Shown piece after piece: positions 16,871-25,544 of a stretch of 32,000 nt of DNA; the first letter of the stretch is position 1, and the number at the start of each line of letters is the position of its first letter. This DNA is from Micrococcus luteus NCTC 2665 (GTDB lineage Bacteria; Actinomycetota; Actinomycetes; Actinomycetales; Micrococcaceae). Both the position numbers and the translations under genes were made by a program. The stretch lies in the NCBI RefSeq assembly GCF_000023205.1, contig NC_012803.1, forward strand, positions 2,190,001 to 2,222,000. Reading direction: 5' to 3'. The notes under the pieces were generated by a model. That model was not told where the DNA came from, did no database searches, and saw nothing but the letters and a program-made list of their open reading frames with translations.

Positions 16871-17863
16871 GTGGCCCTGCCGCAGCTGTTCGCCGAGCTG
16901 GCCGACGTCCCCTGGCTGCTGACCGCCCTGGACCTGGTGGGGGTGTTCTTCTTCGCGGTCTCCGGCGCCCTGCTGGCCGCACGCAAAGACTTCGACCTGG
17001 TGGGCTCCGTGGCGCTGGCCCTGCTGGCGGGCCTGGGCGGCGGCATCACCCGGGACATCGTCCTGGACCGGGGCCTGCCGGCGTCGCTGCAGGACCCGAT
17101 CTACCTGGCCCCGCCCGTGCTGGTGTCCCTGCTGGTGTACGTCAAGGCGATCCACCCGAACCGCCTGAACCTGACGATCACGCTGTTCGACGCGGCGGGC
17201 CTGGCCCTGTTCACGGTCTCCGGTGTGATGATCGCCCACGCGATGGGCGTGCACCCGGTGTCCGTGGTGGTGGTGGCCACCGTGGGCGCCCTCGGCGGCG
17301 GCGTGCTGCGGGACATCGTGGCCAACGAGGTGCCGTCCATCTTCGACCCCCGCGGCGTGTACGTGATGCCCGCCGTGGTGGGAGCGGCCGTGGCGGAGCT
17401 CGTGGCGCAGCGCGGCGCCCTGAACGCGTTCACGGGCTTCCTGATCGCGCTGCTCATCTTCACGGTGCGCATGCTGGCGTACCGCTACCAGTGGCGCCTG
17501 CCCGGCGCGGACGTCAGCCAGGACAGGGACCAGCTGGACCGCCTGCGCCGGCTCGCGGAGCAGGCGCACGCGCGGGCCGTCCGACGCGCGGCCCGCGCGC
17601 GGGAGCGCATGCCGCTTCCGGTGTTCGGCCCCGCCGAGGAGGACGAGGGCCGGGTGCGCGTGGCGGACTTCGACCCGGACACACAGGCCATCACGGTGGT
17701 GGACCAGGCCTCCCACCAGTCGGTCCGGTACCACCCGGAGACGGGCGTCATGGACGTCACGGACCTGCGCACCGGCCGCACCCGCTCCTACGACGACCCG
17801 GAGACGGACTGGGTGGCGGACACCGGCTCGGCCGATGAGACGGGCTATGCTGGAGGTCCATGA
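16871..17863 (+). CDS. TRIC/UPF0126 membrane protein, paralogue 2, with a roughly 115-aa C-terminal extension
   Basis: GTG at 16871 preceded by GGAAAGGAG. Motifs [19 protein letters not shown] and [11 protein letters not shown] are present. Confidence 0.8.
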   Translation: MALPQLFAELADVPWLLTALDLVGVFFFAVSGALLAARKDFDLVGSVALALLAGLGGGITRDIVLDRGLPASLQDPIYLAPPVLVSLLVYVKAIHPNRLNLTITLFDAAGLALFTVSGVMIAHAMGVHPVSVVVVATVGALGGGVLRDIVANEVPSIFDPRGVYVMPAVVGAAVAELVAQRGALNAFTGFLIALLIFTVRMLAYRYQWRLPGADVSQDRDQLDRLRRLAEQAHARAVRRAARARERMPLPVFGPAEEDEGRVRVADFDPDTQAITVVDQASHQSVRYHPETGVMDVTDLRTGRTRSYDDPETDWVADTGSADETGYAGGP

Positions 17864-19404
17864 CCGGCACCGCTGACAGCGTCCCCACCATGGCCACCGC
17901 CGCCGCCGCGGCCACCCACCCGATCGGCTTCGACCGCGCGAAGTACATCGAGCTCCAGTCCCAGCACATCCAGGAACGCCGCCGCCAGCTCGGCGGCAAG
18001 CTCTACCTGGAGATGGGCGGCAAGCTCTTCGACGACCTGCACGCCTCCCGCGTCCTGCCCGGCTTCGCCCCGGACAACAAGATCGCGATGCTGGACCGCA
18101 TCAAGGACGAGACCGAGATCCTGGTCTGCTTCAACGCCAAGGACCTCGAGCGGAACAAGGTCCGCGCGGACCTGGGCATCACGTACGAGGACGACGTCCT
18201 GCGCCTCGTGGACGTGTTCCGGGAGCGCGGGTTCCTGGTGGAGCACGTGGTGGTCACGCAGCTGGAGGACGCCAACCACCGTGCGCTGGCGTTCCTCGAG
18301 AAGCTCGAGCGCCTCGGCCTGAAGGTGGCCCGCCACCGCGTGATCCCCGGCTACCCGCACGCCATGTCCACGATCGTCTCGGAGCAGGGCTTCGGCGCCA
18401 ACGAGTGGTCCGAGACCACGCGGGACCTCGTCGTCGTGACGGCCCCCGGCCCGGGCTCCGGCAAGCTGGCGACGTGCCTGAGCCAGGTGTACAACGATCG
18501 GCAGCGGGGCATCCCGGCCGGCTACGCGAAGTTCGAGACGTTCCCCATCTGGAACCTGCCGCTCGAGCACCCGGTGAACGCCGCCTACGAGGCCGCCACC
18601 GTGGACCTGGACGACATCAACCTGATCGACCCGTTCCACCTGGCCGAGTACGGCGAGCGGGTGACGAGCTACAACCGCGACGTCGAGGTGTTCCCGCTGC
18701 TGTCCGCGCTGCTGGAGAAGGTCACGGGCACCACCCCGTACAAGTCCCCCACGGACATGGGCGTGAACATGGCCGGCGCGGCGATCGTGGACGACGAGGT
18801 GTGCCAGGCGGCCGCGAAGCAGGAGATCATCCGGCGCTACTACAAGGCTCAGGTCAACGAGGCCCTGGAGGGCGCGGACGACACCGAGTCCGAGCGCGTG
18901 GCCCTGGTGATGTCCAAGCTGGGCCTGAGCTCGGAGGACCGCCCGGTGGTGGGTGCCGCGCAGCTGGTGGCCGAGCGCACCGGCGAGCCCGGCGCGGCCG
19001 TGCAGCTGGCGGACGGCACCCTGGTGACCGGCAAGACCTCGGAGCTGCTGGGCTGCTCCGCCGCGGTGCTGCTCAACGCCCTCAAGGTGCTGGCCGGCAT
19101 CGAGGACGACGTGCACCTGCTCTCCCCCGCCTCGATCGAACCGATCCAGACGCTCAAGACGGTGCACCTGGGCTCCAAGAACCCGCGGTTGCACACGGAT
19201 GAGGTGCTGATCGCGCTGTCCGTGTCCGCGGCGACCGACGAGAACGCGAAGGCAGCCGTCGAGCAGCTGGCCAGCCTCGAGGGCTGCGACGTGCACACGA
19301 CGACGATCCTCGGCTCCGTGGACGAGGGCATCTTCCGGTCCCTGGGGATGCTCGTGACGAGCGAGCCGAAGTTCCAGAAGAAGGCGCTGTACCGGAAGCG
19401 GTGA
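17860..19404 (+). CDS. DUF1846/UPF0371 family protein
   Basis: The N-terminus [52 protein letters not shown] matches the conserved start of UPF0371 proteins as I recall them. The ATG overlaps the preceding stop (ATGA at 17860-17863). Confidence 0.8.
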   Translation: MTGTADSVPTMATAAAAATHPIGFDRAKYIELQSQHIQERRRQLGGKLYLEMGGKLFDDLHASRVLPGFAPDNKIAMLDRIKDETEILVCFNAKDLERNKVRADLGITYEDDVLRLVDVFRERGFLVEHVVVTQLEDANHRALAFLEKLERLGLKVARHRVIPGYPHAMSTIVSEQGFGANEWSETTRDLVVVTAPGPGSGKLATCLSQVYNDRQRGIPAGYAKFETFPIWNLPLEHPVNAAYEAATVDLDDINLIDPFHLAEYGERVTSYNRDVEVFPLLSALLEKVTGTTPYKSPTDMGVNMAGAAIVDDEVCQAAAKQEIIRRYYKAQVNEALEGADDTESERVALVMSKLGLSSEDRPVVGAAQLVAERTGEPGAAVQLADGTLVTGKTSELLGCSAAVLLNALKVLAGIEDDVHLLSPASIEPIQTLKTVHLGSKNPRLHTDEVLIALSVSAATDENAKAAVEQLASLEGCDVHTTTILGSVDEGIFRSLGMLVTSEPKFQKKALYRKR

Positions 19405-19422
19405 GGCAGGGGCGGTTCGGGC

Positions 19423-19451
19423 GGTCGCTTTCGTTGACGAAACGGGCGACC
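19423..19451 (+). terminator. Stem-loop downstream of the DUF1846 gene
   Basis: GGTCGCTTTCG-TTGA-CGAAA(CGG)GCGACC forms an 11-bp stem with a 3-nt bulge, 19 nt after the stop. There is no U-tract. Confidence 0.35.
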
Positions 19452-19737
19452 CCTGGGCGTCAACCCTTGGCGCGGACAATAGGGAGTGGCTAACGGAACC
19501 GCCGCGGATACCTGAGGGACGTGGCGGGGGATCCCTCCGCCCGCCGCCAGACCGGCCGGCTGCAGAACGCCACGCGAGTCGAAGCCAGCTTGTGACGTGA
19601 GCCCACAGAGGGTCACCTGCGGCGCTTACTCGGTGGCTTAGACTCTATGGGCCCTGCAGAGATGCGGCCGCTTAACGTGTCCGGTCGCCACCGTACCCTG
19701 GGAACCATGTTCAGAGCACGCGAGAGAAGCAGAATTT

Positions 19738-20685
19738 ATGTCACAAGGTGAGCAGCTAATGCTAGATACATCACTCCGCATGGCCTCCTTCTTTACCGGG
19801 ATAGGCGGATTCGACCTGGGGTTTGAAAACGCAGGAATCCGGACTGTATATCAATGTGAAATTAAGGACTTCTGCAATCAAGTACTAGAGTACCACTGGC
19901 CGGAAATTCCCCGTGGAACCAATATTGAGTTGGTCAATCCCGACGATATCCCCGAGGCGGATATTTGGACGGGCGGGTTTCCATGCCAAGATATTTCACT
20001 TGCCCGTATGTCGTCCGAGAGAAAGGGTCTTCATGGCTCGCAAAGCAGACTATTCTTTGAGTTTGAAAGACTACTTGAGCAAGGTCGCCCCAAAGTTGTC
20101 CTCCTCGAAAACGTTGCGGGTCTCCTCTCTTCCAACGAAGGACGAGATCTCGCAACAGTCATTCGGTCGCTGGCCGACCTCGGGTATGGCGTGGGGTGGC
20201 GAGTTCTTGACAGTCGACACTTCGGCGTCCCCCAGTCACGCACAAGAGTCTTCATTTGCGGAGTTTATGGAAACCCAGAAGCCGCCGCTTCGATACTTTT
20301 TGAGCCCGAATGCGGCGACAGGAATTCTGAGAAGAGCCGATCGAATGGGCCGAAGCCTATTTCCCCCTTTAAGATCAGCGTTGGAGATCCTGAGCGCGGA
20401 TACGCCAAGCAACTCGCCCACTGCGTCTACGCCGAGGGGCCCCGTCACACAGGAACAGACTGGAGTCGAAACTATGTCTCCTACCCAGAGGAGGGGCAAG
20501 TCCGTCGACTGACGCCACTGGAGTCTGAACGCCTACAGGGGTTTCCCGATAATTGGACGAACGTTCCGCTTGCCGGTTCCACAGAAGCAGTGGACTCGGC
20601 TCGATACCACGCCTGCGGTAACGCCGTTACCGTCAATGTGGCGGAATGGCTGGCACGGCGAATTTCCACGGCACTCGGCCATTGA
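19738..20685 (+). CDS. DNA (cytosine-5)-methyltransferase (type II modification methylase)
   Basis: Motif I FFTGIGGFDLG, motif IV GGFPCQDIS, motif VI LLENVAGL, motif VIII QSRTRVFI, motif IX RRLTPLESERLQGFPDNW and motif X CGNAVTV are all present. G+C is 47-52% in sampled lines. In-frame ATGs at 19759 and 19783 are alternative starts. Confidence 0.9.
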   Translation: MSQGEQLMLDTSLRMASFFTGIGGFDLGFENAGIRTVYQCEIKDFCNQVLEYHWPEIPRGTNIELVNPDDIPEADIWTGGFPCQDISLARMSSERKGLHGSQSRLFFEFERLLEQGRPKVVLLENVAGLLSSNEGRDLATVIRSLADLGYGVGWRVLDSRHFGVPQSRTRVFICGVYGNPEAAASILFEPECGDRNSEKSRSNGPKPISPFKISVGDPERGYAKQLAHCVYAEGPRHTGTDWSRNYVSYPEEGQVRRLTPLESERLQGFPDNWTNVPLAGSTEAVDSARYHACGNAVTVNVAEWLARRISTALGH

Positions 20686-20689
20686 CTGT

Positions 20690-20725
20690 TGTTGCCCGCC
20701 GGGCGTGAGAACCCTGCGGGCAACA
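20690..20725. terminator. GC-rich bidirectional hairpin between the convergent methylase and endonuclease genes
   Basis: TGTTGCCCGC (20690-20699) pairs perfectly with GCGGGCAACA (20716-20725). Three further inner base pairs (GGG/CCC) are possible. It lies 5 nt after the methylase stop and 3 nt before the endonuclease stop. Confidence 0.55.
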
Positions 20726-21442
20726 GTGTCACCAACCTCTCCGAATCTCCTCGAGCTTGAGGAGGAGCACAGGATCAGGGTAATCCACGCTTCGAACAGG
20801 TAGATGAGACCGGGGGATTTCGCCCACCCAGCGCAGCACCCATTCCTGGATCCGAGCATCCAGGTCGTCTGAGAACAGGGGGCCAACTGCCACTACATAT
20901 AGTTCTTCATCGAAATCAAATAAAACGGACAATAGGCCAGAATCAAAAGCCCAATGGTGCTGCTTACATAATGCGAGGCCGTTACGAACCTCATCAAGGT
21001 CGAATTTCGACCAGGGAAGGATGTGTGCGGCCTCGATACCGCTGGAGACTCCAGGTCCCCCTGCAAGGTACTCACCGCATATAACGCAAACTCCGTTGTA
21101 CGCAAGCAAGACCTTTTTCGCAAAAGAGCGCGCAGCCGCTCCTCGCTGAGCTACTAGTCGATATTGCTTCTCGACTCGGTGGCGAACCTCGGGAGCCCCG
21201 TCCACCTTGGACAGATCGGGGAGCCCCTCCACCTCCAATTGCTCAAGTCCGGCCAAACGGAGCAGTGATCCAAGTGGGTCAGACAGGGGAACATAGTAGT
21301 CGTCAATTCTGTATAGTGACCTGATAATTCTACGAACAAGGCTGGCCTGCGTTTTGTCCCGCAGCCCGTCTGGGCCCCCTCGGCGCTGAGACCATTTCAG
21401 AAAATCTGCCTCCAGCTCCTCATCGATGTCGCCGCCATGGGC

Positions 21443-21450
21443 GGCAATCT
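21443..21450. repeat. Target-site duplication GGCAATCT (left copy) of ISL3 element 2
   Basis: An identical 8-mer abuts both ends of the element. Confidence 0.85.
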
Positions 21451-22936
21451 GGCTCTTCCCAGTTGAGCGTGGGGGTGTCGTGAGTCAAGGGCCCGTGCCC
21501 TTGCAAGAGGATGGATTTTGCGAAGAATCTAACCTCGATCACGAAGGACACGAGCCATGTCCCAGCGTACGCGCGCTGCCTTGCCCCTGCCTGCCCACGC
21601 CGCTGCCGAGCACCACGTCCGTGCGGCGGCATCGGTGGTGTTCAACCTGGAGGGATACACCGTCCTTCAGGCCCTCGACCGGCCACTGGGAGGTAGGCGT
21701 GTCGTTGTGGCCGCCGATGCCGCCGAGGGGGCCTGCCCGGGCTGCGGGGTGTTCTCGGGCCGGGTGCACCAGCGGGTCCGCCAGTCCGTGAAGGACATCC
21801 CTGTCGGTGGGGACCTGTTGGAGTTGGTTGTCGTCAAGCCCAGGTTCCTGTGCGCCGAGGGGGCCTGCCCGCGCCGGACCTTCACGCAGACCACGGACCA
21901 GTTGCCGGCCCGGGCCCGGTGTACCACCCGGTTGCGGGAGGCCGTGGTGGCCGCGGTGCTGGACTCCGGCCGGGCCACCGCGGAAGCCGCCAACGCGCAT
22001 GGCCTGGCGTGGGGCACCGTCAACGCCGCCATCCTGGGCCACACCATGGTCTTGCCGGAGGTCGACAAGGTGCCGGTGCGGGCGCTGGGCATCGACGAGC
22101 ACCGGTTCGCCACCGCCAAGTGGTTCAAACACCCCGACACGGCCGTCTGGTGCCGGGTCGAGCCGTGGATGAGCACCTTTGTCGTCGCCGACACCGGGCA
22201 CGTGCTCGGCGTCGTCGACGGACGGTCTTCCCGCAACGTCACCGCCTGGCTGGCCGAACGCTCCGAAGCCTGGCTGGATCGGCTCGAGGTGGTCGCCATC
22301 GATCCCTCGGCCACGTTCCGCACCGCGATCCGCAAGGTGCTGCCGACCGTGGACATCAGCGTGGACCACTTCCACCTGGTCAAGCTCGGCAACCAGATGC
22401 TCACCGAGGTCCGCCAACGCGTGGTGCGCGAAGTCCTGGGCCGGCGGGGCCGCAAGCAGGATGCCGTGTGGGCTCACCGGATGTTGCTGCTGCGGGCCGG
22501 GGACCGACTCACCGAGGCCGGCCTGCGCCGACTCGAGCACGTCCTGGACGACGATGCCTATGAGCAGGTCGCCGCCGCCTGGGCGGTCAAGGAGCACCTG
22601 CGGCGGATCCTGAACGCCCCCACCGTCGCAGCGGCCCAGAACGCCCGGATCGACTTCGAGCTGACCGTAGCCGCCGCAGGACTGCCGGAGGCTGACAGGC
22701 TCTCGGCCACCGTGGGGAAGTGGTGGGTCGAGATCAAGGTGTTCATCCGCACCCGAGTCACGAACGCCCGCACCGAGGCGGCCAACACGGCCATCAAACA
22801 GGTCAAGCGCACCGGCCGCGGGTTCCGCAACCAGACCAACTACCAGTCACGTATTCTGGCCAGGAGCTTCCGACGGACACGCCGACGCTCCCAGATCCAC
22901 CCTCGAGCAGGACTCCACGCTCAAGTGTGAAGAGCC
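21451..22936 (+). mobile_element. ISL3-family insertion sequence (1486 bp), distinct from element 1
   Basis: The terminal inverted repeats are GGCTCTTCCCAGTTGAGCGTGG (21451-21472) and the complement of 22915-22936, GGCTCTTCACACTTGAGCGTGG (20 of 22 identical). There is an 8-bp TSD. The body is high in G+C although it sits inside low-G+C DNA. Confidence 0.9.
21557..22930 (+). CDS. ISL3-family transposase
   Basis: 457 aa. CPGCG...C zinc-ribbon motifs, GIDEHRF...AIDPSATF...NARTEAANTAIKQVKRTGRGFRN are typical of ISL3. The stop codon lies inside the right inverted repeat. Confidence 0.9.
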   Translation: MSQRTRAALPLPAHAAAEHHVRAAASVVFNLEGYTVLQALDRPLGGRRVVVAADAAEGACPGCGVFSGRVHQRVRQSVKDIPVGGDLLELVVVKPRFLCAEGACPRRTFTQTTDQLPARARCTTRLREAVVAAVLDSGRATAEAANAHGLAWGTVNAAILGHTMVLPEVDKVPVRALGIDEHRFATAKWFKHPDTAVWCRVEPWMSTFVVADTGHVLGVVDGRSSRNVTAWLAERSEAWLDRLEVVAIDPSATFRTAIRKVLPTVDISVDHFHLVKLGNQMLTEVRQRVVREVLGRRGRKQDAVWAHRMLLLRAGDRLTEAGLRRLEHVLDDDAYEQVAAAWAVKEHLRRILNAPTVAAAQNARIDFELTVAAAGLPEADRLSATVGKWWVEIKVFIRTRVTNARTEAANTAIKQVKRTGRGFRNQTNYQSRILARSFRRTRRRSQIHPRAGLHAQV

Positions 22937-22944
22937 GGCAATCT
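22937..22944. repeat. Target-site duplication GGCAATCT (right copy) of ISL3 element 2
   Basis: See the left copy. Confidence 0.85.
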
Positions 22945-23759
22945 TTCCAATAAGGCTATTTATCTGCTTACCTCGCTGCTTTAGGTTGATCTCCTCAACA
23001 ACCGGGTCATCATGTATCGCCCCGGAACGTGCGATAAATCTTTCCGGAAAGAAGATGACATCAAGGTCATCTACCCGATTCACACCCACCTCTAGATCCA
23101 GAATATACTTCTTCTCGCGAATGACAGGCAGGCCGTCATACAGTTTCTGATCAACGCGAGTAGGTTCTGGGAGAAGAAAATATGCGGCCAGGGATGGCGT
23201 CAGTTGACCTACCTGTCCAGCTAGCCCTCCGGCGATGCGTATTCGAATCTTTCCGTCCAAGTCCCGGATTTGATTTCCACTGTCTAAGGCGACGCCGTCC
23301 ACGTCGAGGTAAATCCGTCGGCCGACGAGGGCCGAAGCATGGTGCTGACCGGATGTCCCTGCTAGCTCATACTCGCCGCGTCCTCTTGACGGCCGTTTGA
23401 CGATTTTCACTCTGCTGTCCCTCTCTCTCGGTGCACCGCGTGGAGCCGGATCACCGCGTCCGGCCGAAGTGCACGCTTACTTAGGTCGGCCGTGCGCGGA
23501 AAGTGTTGTAACGCGGGCCCCGCTGGCAGTGGCCAACAACTTACGCTGGCTCTTCCCGTCGCTCGTTTATTCCTCCCCACGAGTCCTGCCGCTATTTCCC
23601 GCGTACGTTGGACCGGCCGCCCCGGCAGGCCATCCTCCCGGGTGGCTTGGCTCAGCAAGCAGCGTCGCGCTCCTGGCGCACGGCCGGCCTCGCGCCCTCG
23701 GGAGGCGTAATGGACATCTTTAATCCAAGTTGAGGTAGCCACCGCACCCGGAGCACCCC

Positions 23760-24632
23760 TCACCCCACCTCCGCCAGCGGGATCCCGCGCTGCTTTCCCC
23801 ACGCCTGCCAGTCCCGCGCCGAGCGCGACCGCAGCGCGGCACTCAGAGCTGCAGCGACGTCGTCGCCGTTTCCTTCCGGCAGGTCCAGCTCGGCCCGCAG
23901 CGCCTCGGCGAAGTGCGGCTCGAGCGCGCCGACTGCGACGTGCCCCTCGGCCGCCGGGTACACGGCGTAGTAGGGGGTCGCGCCGCCGAGGATCGCGTCG
24001 GGTTCGAGCAGGCCGTGCCGGGTCGGCAGCCCGACCGCGGTGGCCGCATCCGCCAGCGCCACCTGGGCGCGCCCACCGGCCGCGTCGTCGCCTCCGCGGC
24101 CGCGCGCCAGCAGCAGCCCCAACGCGGCGCTCACCGCCTGCTCGGCCCCGTGCATGTCCGCCACGAGGGCGCGCGGGAGGACGGGAGTCCCGGCGTCGTC
24201 CACCGGCAGGAGGCCGGACTCTGCCTGGTAGGTGAGGTCGTGCCCGGGCACGTCGGCGGGCTCCCCCGCGAACCCGACGATGTCCACCTGGCACACCCGC
24301 GGGTGCCGCGCCGCCACGGCCGCGGCGTCCAGGCCGAGCCGTCGCAGGGCCCCCGCCCGGTGGGAGGTGATGAACACATCCGCCGCGGCCAGCAGCTTCT
24401 CCATCTCGGCGCGGCCGGCATCGGACTTCAGGTACACCGTCACCACCCGCTGCCCCGCGTGCAGCTCGGCGTACAGGCTGGGGCTCATGGTGGCCATGGG
24501 GTCACCGGCCGGGGGCAGCACCGTCACGACGTCGGCACCCAGCTCTCCGAGGCGGGCCGCGGCGGCGGGGCCGGGCAGATTCAGGGCGACCGTGACGACG
24601 GAGACGCCGTCCAGCGCAGAGGTGAGGTCCAT
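23760..24632 (-). CDS. CoA-transferase family III (CaiB/BaiF-like) protein, short form
   Basis: The N-terminus LDGVSVVTVALNLPGPAAAARLGELGADVVTVLPPAGDP matches the family III Rossmann-like start. The first ATG of the coding phase is at 24632. The much longer ORF 23760..28043 is an artefact. Confidence 0.7.
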   Translation of the reverse strand: MDLTSALDGVSVVTVALNLPGPAAAARLGELGADVVTVLPPAGDPMATMSPSLYAELHAGQRVVTVYLKSDAGRAEMEKLLAAADVFITSHRAGALRRLGLDAAAVAARHPRVCQVDIVGFAGEPADVPGHDLTYQAESGLLPVDDAGTPVLPRALVADMHGAEQAVSAALGLLLARGRGGDDAAGGRAQVALADAATAVGLPTRHGLLEPDAILGGATPYYAVYPAAEGHVAVGALEPHFAEALRAELDLPEGNGDDVAAALSAALRSRSARDWQAWGKQRGIPLAEVG

Positions 24633-24871
24633 GCCCCATGGTGGGCACGGGGCGCGGCAGGCCGGGCCCGCAGGTCCGATTGTGACGTGCGTCTCTCTAA
24701 GGGCGCGGGTGGCGCACCGGAGCGCCGACGACGCCGGCCCGCCCCTTCCGGGAACGCCTGCGGTCGGTATGAGCGCACTTTTCAGGCTCAGAGCGACCGC
24801 ACGCGTTCCAGGTCCGCGGGCGCCCCGCCCCCGCACGCGCCGTTTCCCGAACGAAAACGCGAGGTGGGGCG

Positions 24872-24877
24872 TAGCCT
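24872..24877 (+). promoter_or_regulatory. Candidate -10 hexamer TAGCCT, 7 nt upstream of ATG 24885
   Basis: TANNNT is read directly. There is no Shine-Dalgarno sequence. Confidence 0.35.
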
Positions 24878-24884
24878 GGCCGCC

Positions 24885-25451
24885 ATGACCACCGTGTTCT
24901 ACGACGACCAGGGCCGCCCCGAGCCGCCCTTCGCCGCGGGCGAGGCCGCCACCCTGCTGGGCTTCCTCGACTTCCTGCGCGCCACGATCGAGTGGAAGAC
25001 GGCGGACCTGGACACGGCCGCGCTGCACCGCCGGCTGCCGGGGCACCCGTCCGCGATGACGCTCGGCGGCCTGCTCAAGCACCTCGCGTTCGTCGAGTTC
25101 TGGTGGTTCGAGGCCGTCGCCCTCGGCGAGCCCACCTCGGCGCCCTGGGTGGGCGCGGACTTCGACGCGGACCCCGACTGGGACTGGCACAGCGCGGCGC
25201 AGGACTCCGCGGCGGACCTGCGCGCCCTCTGGCAGGGCCAGGTGGAGCGGTCCCGGCAGATCGTGGTGGACCTGCTCGCGGCGGACGGCGACGACGGCGC
25301 CGCGGCCCTGGCCCGCGCCCACCGGATCCGGGAGGGGCGCGACCCGGTCTCGCTGCGGTGGATCCTCACCCACATGATCGAGGAGTACGGCCGCCACGCC
25401 GGCCACGCCGACCTGCTGCGCGAGGGGATCGACGGCCAGACCGGCGAGTGA
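24885..25451 (+). CDS. DinB-superfamily / DUF664 (mycothiol-transferase-like) protein
   Basis: EAATLLGFLDFLRATIEWKTADL...LGGLLKHLAFVEFWWF...HMIEEYGRHAGHADLLRE is the typical DUF664 pattern. Confidence 0.75.
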   Translation: MTTVFYDDQGRPEPPFAAGEAATLLGFLDFLRATIEWKTADLDTAALHRRLPGHPSAMTLGGLLKHLAFVEFWWFEAVALGEPTSAPWVGADFDADPDWDWHSAAQDSAADLRALWQGQVERSRQIVVDLLAADGDDGAAALARAHRIREGRDPVSLRWILTHMIEEYGRHAGHADLLREGIDGQTGE

Positions 25452-25531
25452 GCCCGCCCCACCCGCGGTCCCGCCTGCGGTCGCACCCGGGTTCATCCCC
25501 TCGTCGGATGCCCGGCCCCACGCCGGCTGGG

Positions 25532-25537
25532 TAGATT
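25532..25537 (+). promoter_or_regulatory. Candidate -10 hexamer TAGATT, 7 nt upstream of ATG 25545
   Basis: TANNNT is read directly. There is no Shine-Dalgarno sequence. Confidence 0.4.
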
Positions 25538-25544
25538 CTGTGCC

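Larger units (their letters stand above)
20729..23410 (-). pseudogene. HNH-family (HNH_2-type) restriction endonuclease gene interrupted by ISL3
   Basis: The 5' part runs 23410->22937, with a GTG start preceded by AGAGGGA. The 3' part runs 21442->20729 and contains CVICG...EAAHILPW...NGLALCKQHHWAFD. Removing 21451..22936 plus one TSD copy joins ...NSLIGKIA|AHGGDIDEE... in frame, giving 395 codons plus a stop. Confidence 0.85.

Noticed and set aside
19535-19575. A tRNA 3'-end-like stretch (GTGGCGGGGGATCCCTCCGCCCGCCGCCA) that could have marked an integration site for the islet.
   Set aside because: The putative T-loop GGATCCC does not match the TTCRANY consensus. No acceptor or anticodon arms can be built, and no full tRNA is present.
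19687-19698. An imperfect 12-nt direct repeat, GCCACCGTACCC (19687-19698) versus GCCACCGCACCC (23738-23749), near both edges of the low-G+C islet. These are possible att sites.
   Set aside because: The match is 11 of 12 in GC-rich sequence. It is plausibly chance, given the number of possible pairings between two roughly 340-nt regions. No integrase is present. It is kept only as a hint for comparative analysis.
23548-23557. GGCTCTTCCC, identical to the first 10 nt of the ISL3 element 2 inverted repeat. It could be a solo IR remnant.
   Set aside because: Similarity stops after 10 nt. There is no partner repeat or transposase remnant nearby.
23397-23723. A 108-aa ORF (and the nested 72-aa ORF 23492..23710) in the non-coding stretch upstream of the endonuclease gene. 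It could have been a controller (C) protein.
   Set aside because: It has no HTH or other motif and no RBS. The composition looks like a random open frame.
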